A stretch of 64,000 bases of DNA, taken from positions 36,022,001 to 36,086,000 of the forward strand of contig NC_042999.1 of assembly GCF_006345805.1 (NCBI RefSeq), in the 5' to 3' direction. The notes below the pieces were generated by a model, which was given only the letters and a program-made list of their open reading frames with translations, did not search any database and was not told where the DNA came from. Made by a program: the position numbers and the translations under genes. This document shows positions 37,720 through 53,700 of this stretch, piece by piece. This DNA is from Octopus sinensis. Lineage: Eukaryota. Position 1 is the stretch's first letter. Every line of letters begins with the position of its first letter.

Positions 37720-38496
37720 CACATGATTTATTGTTGACATAAGAATTTAGAAACTTCAAGAGAATATGAAGTAATTCTTTTTTGGAACAGTGAAACTTAG
37801 AGACAAAGCTATAAAATAACCCTTTCTACTACATGCACAAGGCCAGCAATTTTTTTAGGGGAGCAGAGCTAGTCAATTATATCGACCCCAGTACTCAACT
37901 GATACTTATTTTATCAACCCCGAAATGAAAGGCAAAGTCAACCTCAGTGGAATTTGAACTCACAACATAAAGACAGATGAAATGTTGTAAAGTATTTTGT
38001 CTGGTGTGTTAACACTTCTGCCAGCTTACCACCTGCCAAAGCTAGAAATAATAGCATGTGAAATATTGTTTAAGAAAAAGGGCCTTTGGATAGGAGAAGT
38101 CAAAGGCTGTCCATATACATGTATATAGATATAATTGGTTATAATCTATTATGTTTTCCTCTTAGTGTTTCTGTTTTCTTGTGGCTAGTATATAACTTCC
38201 ATCTGGTTTGATCCCAGATTCTTTCCCTGTCAGAATCTCTAACATTGTTGATAAACCTGTTGATTTATGGACAATACAAATGTCTGTAACCTCTTTTGAA
38301 GTAGACACTGTGTTTGTGCTATTTTCTTAGCATTTTTTTAAATTCCACAATTTTGAACACTTCATGAGAAATAATTATGAATTTATTATTTTTTTTATGC
38401 TCTAAAGAAAGAGTACTCACAAAATTTGTAACATAAAAATGTAACTAAAGAATTAAATAATTCAATTAAGCCCTTGTTTTTCTCATTATTTAAACT

Positions 38497-38722
38497 AGAA
38501 CGAGGACCATGTACTGCAATAGCTTGGGATACAAGGGTCCACAACTATTTAACACTTTCCCAAAATATCTGAGGGATATTCATGGAGTTGGGGATAGAAT
38601 TTTTTAAGAGACAACTTGACCTCCAGCTATCCAACGTCCCAGATGAATCAATATCAAGGCAGGAAACTCAAAAGAGCCCAGCAGTGTCAGACTTCCTCCT
38701 TCACCGAAAGCCAATCATGTAG
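38497..38722 (+). mobile_element. L2/CR1-group (Crack/Daphne-like) LINE 3' end, decayed
   Basis: NSLGYKGPQLFNTFPKYLRDIHG / FFKRQLDLQLSNVPDES resembles the C-terminal motif GPRLFNSLP..IR...FK..LD..L..VPD(E/Q)P. Confidence 0.6.
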
Positions 38723-39137
38723 AATTGGCCATTAAAGAGGTGATTACACTGGCAGTGCCCCAGCATGGCTGAAACATGTAAAAGAATAATATATACACAC
38801 ACACATCTCATCAGTTATATCTCAACTAAATCAGGAAGAAGTTTTGATGAATGAGAAGTATAATCTTCAAATGATACAGAGAGGAATAAAGACAGCAAAG
38901 GAAATTTGTTGGAGAGCAGCATGGTCACAAGTTTTGCATTTTGTGTTCTTTACATTTTTCTTCAACTTTTCATTTTGTTTTACTTTAAAACATTTAGTTC
39001 CAATGGTAATGCCAGTTTGAATGGCTCTTGGCTCTATTTTCCACATTTTCCTCTCAATCTTTACTTTATAATTGTTATTTAGAATATGAATGAAAGAGGT
39101 AGGTAAATGTGTATACAGATTGAAATATTGGTGTATG

Positions 39138-39183
<46 letters not shown>

Positions 39184-40242
39184 TATATGTAGGTATATGT
39201 GTACATGTATGTATAGCTATAAATGACTTTTTCTAGTAGTTAATTAACTGAAAAGGATTTGACAAAGAAATTTCCTTTTATTCCATACACATATCCTGAC
39301 CATTGTAGTTCAAGATTGTGGATTTTATGCTTCCACTGTTGGTCTGTTCTAGGATAGCAATTATTGGTTATGTAGTCCTTCCATATGACATTTAACACAG
39401 CACTGAGATTTTGTTGATGGAAATACTCTAAATTTTTGATGTCTCAACAGTAAAGAGTCCATATCTCACAACCATAAGGCAATGTCTCTATACATGCACA
39501 CACACACATATATATTACATATCTATATATATTTATACAAATATAAGGAAACACACACATACATTTCTATGTATACCTATACTCATATGTGTACAGATCT
39601 ATATATATATTGAACTCAAACTAGCACTCTGTCGCTTACGATGATGAGGGTTCCTGTTGAATCAATCAATGAAACAGCTTGCTTGTGAAATTAACATGCA
39701 AGTGGCTGAGCTACACGTACCCTTAAGATAATTTTCAGTGAGAATCAGCATGACACAGTGTGGCAAGGTTGGCCCTTTGAAATACAAGTACTACTCATAT
39801 TTGCCAGCTGAGTGAACTGGAGCAACGTAAAATAAAGTGTCTTGCTCAAGGACACAATGTGTTGCCAGGAATTGAACTCATGACCTTACAATCATAAGCT
39901 GAATACCCTAATTATTAAGCCACGTGCCTTCTCATACATATATATATATATAATGGAATCTCCTATCATTAGACAACATATGAGGTTTCGACAATTTCTT
40001 ACCAAACTACACAGATAACTTGTTTATAGTGGTCAAATGTTTGTGTAGACATAAGGTCATTCCCTCCATCAAATTGACATTACCTATACAGGTGCAACTG
40101 GGTGCTACATGTCAGATGTCGAAATCATTGCAGAGCAACATGAAATGAAGTGCTTTGCTCAAGAACACAAAGCAACATCAGGTCTGGGAATCAAACCCAT
40201 GATCTCGCAATCCTGAGTGCAACATCCAAACCCCTAAGCCAT

Positions 40243-40905
40243 ATATATAGATCATCATCATCATTTAATGTCCATATATATATACATATATACATATATA
40301 TATACACACATATATATACACACATATATATATACACACATATATATACACATATATATATATACACATATATATACATACATATATATACATATATACA
40401 TATATATACATATATATACATATATACATATATATACATATATATATACATATATACATATACATATACATATATATATACATATACATATATATATACA
40501 TATACATATACATATATATATATATATACATATATACATATATATATATATATACATATACATATACATATATATATATATAACATATATACATATATAT
40601 ATATATATACATATATACATATTATATATATATACATATATACATATATATATTATATATATATATACATATATATACATATATACATATATACATATAT
40701 ATATATACATATATACATATATATATACATACATATATATATATATACATATATACATACATACATATATATATACATATATACATACATACATATATAT
40801 ATACATATACATATATATATATATATATACATACATATATACATATATCTATATATATATACATACATATATACATATATCTATATATATATATATATAC
40901 ACACA
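40243..40905. repeat. Compound (TA)n/(CATATA)n microsatellite, ~660 bp
   Basis: Direct inspection; source of the YI-rich ORFs. Confidence 0.97.
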
Positions 40906-41070
40906 TACAAACAGATATAGTTTACTTCAATATGGCATTGGAAAAGGCAATCAGCCATAAAAACCATGCCAAAACAGATATTGGAGCTTGGCACAGTCCT
41001 TTGGCCCACCAGCTCCTGTCAAACAATCTAACACATGCCACCATGGAAAATGGATGTTAAACAATGATGA

Positions 41071-41101
<31 letters not shown>

Positions 41102-41723
41102 GCTTGTGTGTATGCATGTTTATTCGTAGGCACAGTGATACCGTTATGAAGTTCATTTCACAGCCATATGGTTTCAGATGAGTTGCCAATGTGTGGCACC
41201 ATCATCAAGTGTCTACTAAAAAAGCCCTGGGCCTATCAATGCCTCATGAATAAATTCTTAGACAGCAAAATGGAGGAAATCCTATTGAGTGTTTCTGTAT
41301 TGACCTTGTCACCACTCATAGAAACAGTGACATTTGTTTACAATTCTGTGTAAACATTGAGTAGTCTGTTGTTTGAAGTTGGACGATAAATATTACTTAG
41401 CTTGGAAATTGATGAGGAGAAATAACACAAAGAGTGACCAGTTATGGAAAAATCAACCTGAACATGAATTGTCTGCCTCTTGCAAGCATAGAAATGTAAA
41501 TGCTAAACAATGATAATGATGGAAATTATAGGATATGTGTGCATGTATGTATGTACGTATATGCATGTATATATATATATATATACACACACATACATAC
41601 ATATTCAACCTGACAAACTAGGTTTCTGTAAGAGATCTACAAAACTTAAGTTGTATGGGGCTGAATCAAATGATATAACTCCTATTAAATGTGTTGAGTA
41701 CCTCACTTTCATTTGTCCACACA

Positions 41724-41769
<46 letters not shown>

Positions 41770-41807
41770 AACACATATGCATACATATATACATATCTAT
41801 ATACGTT

Positions 41808-41871
<64 letters not shown>

Positions 41872-41876
<5 letters not shown>

Positions 41877-42474
41877 TGAGTAGAAAGAATACAAGAAGTT
41901 AGATGAAAGCAGAGCAAATGGGAAACTACACAAAAACTTAACAGGTGGGAAATTAGACACAGACACGATACACAGAATATTCACAGCTGAGTTTTCTTCT
42001 TCAGTCAATGATGCAAAATATCATAGCAGTTTCGTGCCAATTACCATTGATACTGTTCAATTTTGCAGGTGCCAGTGCTTTTTATTAAGCTAGTAGGAAA
42101 AAGCTAGCGAATGTGTACTAAGACAGAAACAAACAAGACATTATATAAATACAACAAAAAATTATGTATACATAACAGCACAAAGCATGTATATATGCAT
42201 AATTCTTTGTTGTTTTTGTATAATGATTTGTTTGTTCCTGTCTTAGTACACATTCACTAGCTTTTTCCTAGTAGCTGAATAAAAAGCACTGGTACCTTAA
42301 TAGTAATTGGTGCAAAACTACTATGATATTTTGCATTGACTGAAGAAGAAAACTCAGCTGTGAATATTCGGTGTATGGTGTCTTTGTCTAATTTCCCATC
42401 CGTTAAGTTTTCGTCAATTCTCCCATTTGCTCTGCTTTCATCTATCTTCTCCTTATATTCTTTCTATTCAACTT
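41872..42474. repeat. ~600-bp fold-back palindrome
   Basis: Arms of about 300 bp are reverse complements (e.g. GAATATTCACAGCTGAGTTTTCTTCTTCAGTCAATG / CATTGACTGAAGAAGAAAACTCAGCTGTGAATATTC), with one ~18-nt indel and a short central loop near 42172-42186. Confidence 0.92.
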
Positions 42475-44274
42475 TTGATACATACATGTAGCGCAACAAA
42501 CACCTTGTTTGTGTATGTATGTATATATATATTACACAATTATATATATACACACACATTACATAGAACTACATACTTGTATATATTCATATTCCTGTAT
42601 GTACCCACACTTACTTGTGTGCATTTCTGATTCTTGTATGTATAAAATATCTTTGCCTGGTAATTATGAAATTACTGTCCACTGGTCATCACTAATCCCT
42701 GCACATACTGTCATGTATTGATCAATGCTTATACATTGTGCTGCAACCATAGTATGCAACTTTAGTGGTCAGTGTTTTACTAAATTGCATTTTTGTCACT
42801 TATTGGAATTCTGTGTCCCTGGCACACTTAATACTAAACAGCCCAGCAGTAAAATAAATAGTACTCAACAATACAATGTCTAATTGATGTCTGCTCTTTA
42901 AGCTTGTACTATTGAGCCAAAATTTTGTAATAGACATGATAGTTAAATAAATTATATCATTGTATCTAGTTGGACAACTCAAACAATAAGACCATCATAT
43001 GCTTCGGTAATGGTAGTGGTGTTGCAGATAAAAAGTAGTTTGAAAATAAAACAAGCTGATATTAGCTCTTAAGTAGGTACAGAATCTTTAGCTTAATTGT
43101 GCTAATGACACTCTCTACACTGCCAATCAACTTGCTTGAGACAGCAGCTGTACTTCCTTTAAATCACACCCTACTGTCTTAAAAAATGATGGAAAGACAC
43201 TGGATTATGTAGTTCTAGATGTACTGTTTCCTGAAGACAAGACGGTATGTTCTTGGCTGACCTGAATAGTTAGATTCATGAGAGCAGGAAAACAGTGAAT
43301 GTTTGTGTACATTTAATGGAAACTGTTAAAAGTCATCTAACATTGGCACAAGGCTATAAATATATAGGAGTTGGGAAAGGAAGCTCCAGGAAGGCTGAAA
43401 GTTGAAGTCAACTTGGGCAGGATTTGAAACAGAGAATTGTAAAAAAAAATGCCACTAAATATTGCAATATCAACCCTCATGATTACACCTTACATTGGCA
43501 CAACTGGTGAGTGGAGAGGGAAAATAGTTGATTTAATCTAAAGTCACCCCCCCCTCCCCACCATGCTTGAAGGGTACTTATATTAGGGAATCTGGAAGGA
43601 TGAAAGTTCAAGACAACACTGGCAGGATTTGAACACAGAATATAATGGGATATAACTAAATACTGCTAAATACTTTGTCTTGCAACGCTACCATTTCTGC
43701 CATCCACTGCTAATATCATCATCATTATCATTATTAAGATAGCATACCCATCAACATTTTTGTTACTTTGGACGTAGTAATGGTTTTCTGGCTTACTACC
43801 ACCATCTGGTACCTTAGGGTGCCTGTATCAGAGTCAGCTCTGTCACAAACATTCAGACAAGGTCCCCTGTTTGATTATATCTTCCTCCCTACTTCCAATG
43901 TATCTCAAAAGCCCTGTACAAGACCATGGGCACTACCTTCCCCACATGACCAAGAGATAAAAAATACAAATGGCAAATGCACATATATCATTGAGAAAAG
44001 TATGTATGTATGTGTCTTACTGTATGAATAAATTTTTTTTGAGTGTACAAATTTATGTGAGACAGAAAAGAGGATGAAGAGAGAGACAGAGAGACAGATA
44101 GAAAGACAAAGAACTGGAACAAGGACAAAGGAAGATAAAGAAAAAGTAGATAGCTAGAGGATAACAGATATAGTGATAGATATACAGACACACACACACA
44201 CTTGGTTAGCGAGATAAATGAAGAAATAGAGGTTAGAAATAATAAGTTCAGCTGTTAAAATTTACTTCAATAGT

Positions 44275-44407
44275 AAACTGGGACATGAGCAGCAAGGAAA
44301 TATGAAAACTTGGGATATGAACATCAAGGAAATATGCAAACTTGAAAATGAGCATCAAGAAATATGGAAACTTAGAACATGAGCATCAAGGAAATATGAA
44401 ACTTGGC
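44275..44407. repeat. ~31-bp minisatellite, ~4.3 copies
   Basis: Unit AAACTTGGGACATGAGCATCAAGGAAATATG, with variants. Confidence 0.85.
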
Positions 44408-47400
44408 AAAATTTTCACAGCAATAATCAAATGGTATAATAAAAAAGTTTTCAGGACAGGATTTGAAATTGCCTATACAGGAATATTATCACACTGCTTA
44501 ACCATGGGGAATATTCAATATTATCACAAGGAAGAGAGAAGCAGGAATTCAGTAATGAAACAATATCAAAATACTCTGTTTATATAGATGGATATCAAAT
44601 AATATTACTAGCTGTCTCGTAATTAACAAGCAGATTAAGACAGACCAACATTTTTCTATAAACCAGCCTAATAAACTTGTGAGTGTATACATGTGTAATG
44701 AGCTTTTGAGTAAACTTTGCAGTTTTAACAAATCAGCAAACTAGCTATATGGCTGACATTATTATCTGGAATCTACTGGATGAAAGAGGAAAATAACCAG
44801 AAAGTTCTGAACATTACATATAACTAATAACTACTTTTCATAAACCCCAAAAATCTAAATAGTTTATTTAATTCTAAAGGTTCTCTGATGTAATATATTG
44901 ATGAAACAAATATTTTCATATTTCCAGGCTATTTTATGATAATGAAGTAAACTGTATCTAACTGGTATGTACTAATGAAGGTTGTAGTTCATGATTAATG
45001 TTCACTTTTACTGGTAGTCAAGAGAAGGACTATTTTAATATTTGTCTGTTGTTTCCAAGAAAAATATTTAGTTCTTATACAGAATTGAAGCTTTAAAAAA
45101 TATATCACTGTATCAACCAGACTATTGGATATGGTTATATATCCCTAGTTACAATGCACTTCCTTGCAATGTTGTAGTCTTCAAATGATGCTAACCTACA
45201 GGCTAACATTTCCCCTGAACAGGATGCCAGTCTGTTGCAAGGTTCCCTACTTACAGCTGAGTGGACTGGAGCAATTTGAAATGAACAAGACTACAATCTT
45301 GCGATTGTGAATGCAACCCTAACCACTAGGCCACAAGCCTTTACTAAAAATATATACATTTTCCAAAATCATGTATAACTGAACAAAGCCTGAAATTTGA
45401 GAAACAAGGGAGGTGATCAAGCTGATCCCAATATTTGTACTTTATTTTAATGATCCCAAACAGATGAAAGTTGAAGATGATCTTGGCAGGATTTGAACTC
45501 AGAACATAAAGAGCCAGAAAAATATATTAAAAAAAATAATTCCAATATGAGATAGTGTCAGAAAATCAGGTACTAATAATAAACCCAGAACTAATTTTGA
45601 TGAAACAGATCTGTTTTAGTAATATAAACTATGTTTGTTAATATTCCTTCATTATCATTATTGTTGTAATATAGGTTATTAATACTGGCACAAAGCCAAA
45701 AATTTGGGGGACAGGAATACTGATTAAAATTGATTCCAGTACTTGGCCCCTGGAAGAATGAAAGACAAAGTTGACCTTGGCAGGATTGAACTCAGACTGT
45801 AAAGAACTATAACTAAATACTGCAAGACATTGTTCAATATTAATGATTCTGCCAATCCATTGAATATCTTAGACATAAAGCTGTAACTAAAATAAGGAAA
45901 GTGTCTTTTATGAAACACACAACAATGGTGCATAAAGAGTCAGCTCTGGTGGTCATACTCAGTAATAATAATGGTTTCCGTTAATGAACAATTAAGGTAA
46001 CTTTGTTGGTAAGTGCTATTATTAACTGAAGCAGCTACAATACATTATTCGTATTTATTTTAACAAACTCATTAGAGCAAAATATCAAAGTGAATGTGGA
46101 ACGGTTTAATCCCATAGCAGTGTGGCTCTTAACAAGATGCATTAATGAATTTGGTTTGGATATCTCCAAGTTGCAGTCGTATCATCCTGTACTATTGATG
46201 AGATATACAGGGCTGAGTTTAAGAAGATACTACCAAATAAATGTATCTTGAAACAAATTAGTTACGTAAATTAATGCTTTAATAGTATTATTGCAGCAAT
46301 TCAAATTTCATGCCTAGTAAAATTTTACTCCATTGGGAATAAATGAAGCCTGTTTTACTTGACAGCATTTATCATGTTGCTTAAAACACTAATAATGATT
46401 CTGTGTGTGTGTGTGTTATGTAGCCAATATAGATGTATATATGACTGTAGGTTTAATAGTTTTAATTTCTTTAAATCTAAATTAATATTTTCACTTCTAT
46501 AATAAAATAATTGCAAGATAATCTCTATTCTTTCAATGTCATTTCAACTGGATTATTAATCATTTTTTTTTATTTTTCATTTTAAACATTGAAATGGCTC
46601 CTGCCAACATAGACTTATAGAATTCTAAAATATGAATTAGTAAACATGTATGAATATAACTTCATTTTAAGTGTAACCCACTACAAAAGGGGCGGAGAGT
46701 TACAAAACAGTTACATATTTTTTCTTTTTTTTTTTATAAAACACAAATTTACAGCATTGAAGAATAATTTTGGAGGGCATAAGTTTCATAGAAAAGATAA
46801 CATCAATTACGCACACTGTCTATAAAACACCTAATCATTCTAAAAATTTTTAATTTCAGGCAATAGGCACAGCCATTTCATTCTGGAACAACTACTGTAT
46901 TCCAAAGATTAAGATATTTCAAGTCAACATGACCAGTAATAGTCAATTGCAAAGGAAATCCCCTTCAAAAGCTTCCATAACATAAAAATCTTTGAAGAAA
47001 TTGTTTATCAGGGAGGTTGAAAGAAATTGTTTCACATGAACACTCTAGATCCCCTTCCCCTACATCAGCGCAACTGTATATTAATAGAAAAACAAGCAGA
47101 TAGGAGTATAACGATATATAACTTGACCATATATTCAAACAACAATTCAACATTGTCAATAAGAAAGTAACAAAAATAAAATCACTTTTTTTTTTTTACC
47201 TTTTTTTCAACAAATAAAAAAAGACTCGAGTTGACAATGTCTGCACTGTGAAAGTGTAAGAAAAATACAAAAGAATCCAATTGTTACTTTGCAAGTCACA
47301 ACCATTAAGATTTTTCTTTTTTTTTTTTTAAATAAAATCATATTTTTTTCCTCTTCCGTACTTAAACATTAACATCACAAACTGCATTTTTAATTGACGG

Positions 47401-48540
47401 TTCTTTTTTATTATTATTTTTTTTTTGTTGGTTTTAAAATTTTGAAAGAGAGGAAAAGAGATAATTTTAATAGACAAAACTACTGAGGAACAATCCAAAC
47501 ACTACATCAATTATTAATTTATATTCCAACAAACTATTAGCTGGATCAGGAAAAGTTATTAATAACCCAACCAATTTAAACATCTTATACTTTAAATCAT
47601 CCCATTCCATTTGTTATATATATATATATATTTATCTACACACACAGATCCAATAGTTTCATAGATTTCAAATGTTATGCAGTTTTACATTGCAGCTATT
47701 AATATATCAATTAGTATTCAGAAAGAAATTGTAAAAAATAAGGGAATTTCTTTTAAAATATCAACTACAGACCATTTTTTTTTGTTTTTGTTTTTCACAG
47801 CCATACCTACAGTTTTTGTTGTTCTTTTTTATGAATAATTTTTCCTGCTTAAATCAAGTATAAATTTTACTCCCAGATTATATAGTAATTCTACTGAAAT
47901 ATGCCAGGCTCAATTACTTGATCATCCTGCCAGCCTGGTTTATTAATATTTGTAATTAGGTGCCATATTGATGAATATGAATATTCCACTAAATATTTTA
48001 ACCCATGTTCTTGAATAAAGCAATTGCATTTCTCTCTGCCTGATACAATTAATAAGGAGGACTGAACACATTTACTGATTCTATATGCAAATAGTGTATG
48101 TGTGTAACAATAAGAGAAACCCAAGAGAAGGCTTCATCAATCAATTTATTTCATGATACTTTAGATCACTTTCTGATGATAACATTCAAAACAGTTTATT
48201 ATATATGTTTGCATTCAAATATGCCTGTCTGTATATGCATATATACATATATACACAGGTAAAAGATTGCTCTCTTGAATTAATTTGTATACTGATGCAC
48301 AAGTTCACTTTATATCATCATCATTTCCTTTTAATGCTAATCATCTTGTCACAGATTATTTACTTTTGTTACAGTGTCAAAACTTTTATCTTTGTAGTTC
48401 TACATTACAAACTTTGATAAGAATGTTGATGCTAAAACACGAAAGAACTAGTGTGCTATATTTTCTCACATTATTTACCTATCTTGCAAACTAGGGAAGA
48501 ACCTCTGTCTTGTCTAAGTTTCTACAAGGGAAGTCTCAAA

Positions 48541-48650
48541 ATATATATACAAATGCATATATAAATACATACCTATATATATATAAATACATATACATAA
48601 ATATATATATATACATATACATAAACATATATAAATACATATACATAAAC

Positions 48651-48685
<35 letters not shown>

Positions 48686-50456
48686 ATATATATATAAATG
48701 CATATATATGAATATATCGATATATACATATATAAATATATGAACATATAAATATATATATATACACATATATCTGTACATATATATATGTAGATATATA
48801 TATGTACATATATGAATATATATAAATATGTACATATATATATACATATATTGAAAAATACATATATATATACATATATTGAAAAATACATATATATATA
48901 TATATAATACCTATACATATATGAATATATATAAAGATACATACATACATGCATAAATATATATAAAGATACATACATACATGCATAAATATATATAAAG
49001 ATACATACATACATGCATAAATATATATAAAGATACATACATGCATAAATATATATATATATATAAAGATACATACATAAATATATATATATATATAAAG
49101 ATACATACATAAATATATATATATATATAAAGATACATACATAAATATATATATATATATAAAGATACATACATACATACATATAATATATAAAGATACA
49201 TACATAAATATATATATATAAAGATACATACATAATATATAATATATATATATATAACATACATACATAATATATATTATATATATAAATACATACATAA
49301 ATATATATATATATATAAATACATACATAAATATATATATATATATATAAATACATACATAAATATATATATATATATAAATACATACATAAATATATAT
49401 ATATATATAATACATACATAAATATATATATTATATATTAAATACATACATAAATATATATCTATATATAAATACATACATAAATATATATATATATATA
49501 AATACATACATATATATATATATATATAAATACATACATACATATATATATATATATAAATACATACATACATATATATATATATAAATACATACATATA
49601 TATATATATAAATACATACATATATATATATATATAAATACATACATACATATATATATATAAATACATACATACATATATATATATATAAATCATACTA
49701 TATATATATATATAATACATACATATATATATATATAATATAATACATACAATATATATATATATAAACATACATATATATATATATATAAATACATACA
49801 TATATATATATATATATAAATACATACATATATATATATATATAAATACATACATATATATATATATATTAATAATACATACATATAATATATATATATA
49901 AATACATACATATATATATATATATAATAAATACATACATAATATATACATACATATATATATACATACATATATATACATATATATATAAATACATATA
50001 TAAATACATACATATATAAATACATATATATATAATACTATATATATATATAATATATATATATACATATATACATATATATATATACATTATATCATAT
50101 ATATACATATAATACATATATATACATATATATACATATATACATATATATACATATATAATATATTACATAATATATATATATACATATATACATATAT
50201 ATACATATATATATAATATACATATATATATACATATATATATATATATACATATTATATATATATACATATATACATATCATATATATATACATATATA
50301 CATATCATATATATATACAATACCTATATATATATATATATACATATTCTATATACATATATATATATATATACATATATAGATATATATACATACCATA
50401 TATATATATATATACATATATATGATATATACATATACATATCTATATACATATAC

Positions 50457-50488
<32 letters not shown>

Positions 50489-50703
50489 ACATATACATAT
50501 ATAATATACATATACATATATATATACATATACATATATATATACATATACATATAATATATATATATATATAATATATATCTATACATATATATATATA
50601 ATATACATATATATATATATATACATATACATATACATATATATACATATACATATATATATACATATACATAATATATACATATACATATTATAATATC
50701 ATA

Positions 50704-50745
<42 letters not shown>
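48541..50745. repeat. Giant compound AT microsatellite, ~2.2 kb, with higher-order units
   Basis: Blocks of ATAAAGATACATACATA(TA)n, ATAAATACATACATA(TA)n and CATATA; all ORFs here are artefacts. Confidence 0.97.
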
Positions 50746-50747
<2 letters not shown>

Positions 50748-53700
50748 AGAAATATACATACACATATCATATATAAACACATATATTTCTTACAGGGAAA
50801 TGTTGGTTAATAGTTACTTTCCAGTTTCAGGTATGCAGCCTTCATCTAATTGTAAATTATTTTAGTTTTTCCAAGGTTTTTTATACATAGCTATTTGGAG
50901 TTCCTCTTCTGGAAAAAGTAATTTCACTGCAAAGTATGTGTGGTGTAAAAGTGTAATTTTGTTATATATGTAAAGAAATATCTGTATGGGTATTTTCAGT
51001 TAGACGGATGGAAAAAAGTTTGTAACGGTAAAGTAGTAACAGAATAAGAAAGGGAGGAAATGAAGAAAGGAAATAGCATGTGTGTATGACCGATTTGAAC
51101 ACATCAAAATCTGATACTGAAGTTATGATATTTGGAGTTAAAATCCATTGATACTTATAAAATTAGTGAAGAACAACCTGTAACATCTGCCCAATTTCTA
51201 AGTGTTGATCACAGACAATAAAATATTCATTAATAAAACTTTAATTATATTTAGATTTGTTCTTTAATGTTTTATTTATTTGTTTCCTTGTGAATTTTAT
51301 TCCTATAAATACTATACAGTTCTCAGTGGAACAGTATATTAAAGAATTCAATTAATAAACTTAACTAAAGACATGTAAATAATGTCACAAGCATAACAGG
51401 TTTTAAAACTGTTGAGAATGTCTAAAAGACAGTAAACAAAATTCCTCTGCAAAGTCTCTCTCTTCACTGCACCCACCATGAGAAGCATATTTTGGTGAGA
51501 ACTGCTGAGCCACAAAAGATATCAGTTACATTAAATGTACGTTTGTGTAGAAATGCATACACATACACTGGCACACAAACACACATATAGACATAAATAT
51601 TCACAGAGATGCTACTATCACATTACCAACATAGGGACCAGAAAAAATGGCTAGAGGTTTGGTCCAGAAAACAAGAACCACTATGTTAAAGACTGACAAG
51701 CTCAGTTTTATCAGAAACATATAAAAATGGACATCAGTTGATTTGTCTTCTTTATAACCTTTTTTTTTATATATATGGATGGGTTGTTTGGGTTTTCATT
51801 TCTTATTGTGATCATTAATTTTTCCACTCAGCACATGTGCATCCACACATACATACCTACACATACACACAAATGAGGCTGTCATAAATGAGTGAGTAAC
51901 CAAATGGCAGACACTAACTTCATTCTTCCATTAAGTAACCAAAGATTTTATTGAGACATTAAAAGCTCTCATGCAACATACCGTTTTGTCAAAGAATGGC
52001 TCCTGCACCACCATCTCCCATACTTCACATCTTCAGCAGTTTGGTGCAGACATCAATGAACTGCAGCTATCTTCCCTACTTTCATTTTGAAATCTAATGG
52101 ATATATAATCTTCATTTTGTTTTTCCACAATATACACACATGCATACACACATACAAAAACATGCACACAAATTCTAACAACACTTTTCAGAAACAAAAT
52201 TAGCATCTTCCCAAATTGACTACTCAACCTGAATTTGCGTGTCATCGCTGTAGATGAAAGATGGTGGTGAAGAGAATAATGAATCAGAGTAGAGAAAAAA
52301 AAGGGGAGATGGAAAAAAAAAAAAAAAGAAGAAAGTGGGACCCAGGTATGAAGTTATAGGGAGAGGTGGGCATGATGAACTTTAATAAGAAATTTTTCTA
52401 AATGGGTCTTTAGCTGCTTTGGTTATTAAATTACAACTTAAAGAAGAATTTTCTAAGAATGCAAACTGGAATTTTATGTGATGTGTGTGTGTATAATTTC
52501 ATTGACAGTGACTTAGAAGTTGCAGTGAAAATGTGGCTTATTCTAACAGTCAGTCTGAGTAAGCTACACACTTATTGGAACTTTGAGGTTTCTATCAATA
52601 AAACTATAATATATATTAGACCCTACACTTGTATTCAATCATTTAATCAGTTAGTGGTTGTTGTTTTCTTTAATTGGTATTGTTGATGAACTTGTAGAAA
52701 ACAACATATCTTTACTGGTGGTGTGATTTTCTGTACATTTATTTATCGTTTTGAGTTGACTGGGGACTTCAACTTTCACTTTCTCAACATGTGAGTGAGA
52801 ATGAGTGTGTGTGTGTGTGTGTGAATATGTGTGAGTGTGTAACTTAAAAAAAAAAAGATTCTAAGACTATGTGAAAATCTAAAATTTACTAATTGTTATA
52901 ATTGTTGTTAAATGCAATTACATAAGGATGTCAGGAGAGGTGGGTTGTAGTAATCAGGGGGCATGATTGTTGCTATGAATTTTCTATAATCTAAACATAC
53001 ACACACGCATTCATACATAACACACAAAATGGTGTGTACTACAGAATATATCAACATGTATTTGTGTACATATTATCATGAATGCAAATGTGAGGAGGAG
53101 GTATGAATGTAAATAAGCATCTTCTTGTCTAATAAATAAGTAAAAAAAAATTAATTTAATATTTTTCTTTGTTTTTGTTTTTAGTAGAAATTGAATTTTT
53201 CTTTTTTTCTTTCTTTTTTTTTGTTTTGTTTTTGGCTGTTGCTGATAGACCCAAACGAAAACCACAAGAGTATCACCATATTTGTTTTTACCCTCATAGA
53301 GAAGAAATATCAATTTTGTACAGTGAAAAGCAGATATATATGTATATATCAAACAATTTGGTGCTCAGTAAACCCAGTACAGTTTGATGTAGAAAAAAAA
53401 AAAAAAAAAAAAAGGATTGCAGTTTGCAAATCTCTTTCCCCCCACGAAAAAAAAATGTTTTGATAAAATCGAGCTTAATGTTAGATTAGAAAAAAAAAAA
53501 AAAAATTAAATTAATATCACATGGAAGAACATGAAAGTATAACAAGAAGGTTAAAATTGGTTCAAAGAACAGCTTGGGTCTCTGTTTAACTGATAGATAC
53601 AGCCTCATAAACAGGACAGCTTTGAATATATATGTAGAAACATGGCTTTTGATAAGACAGCACAGAGAAACATACCTTTTTTTTTAGTAAAACACAACAG

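Noticed and set aside
38830-39184. Open frames on both strands with hydrophobic or Lys/Cys-rich translations
   Set aside because: No domain motif, weak splice context and compositional bias.
40150-40960. Multiple 100-256 aa ORFs rich in Y/I/H/T or Y/M/C/V
   Set aside because: Translations of TA/CATA microsatellite, which has few stop codons.
48514-50672. ORFs up to 301 aa
   Set aside because: Same low-complexity artefact.
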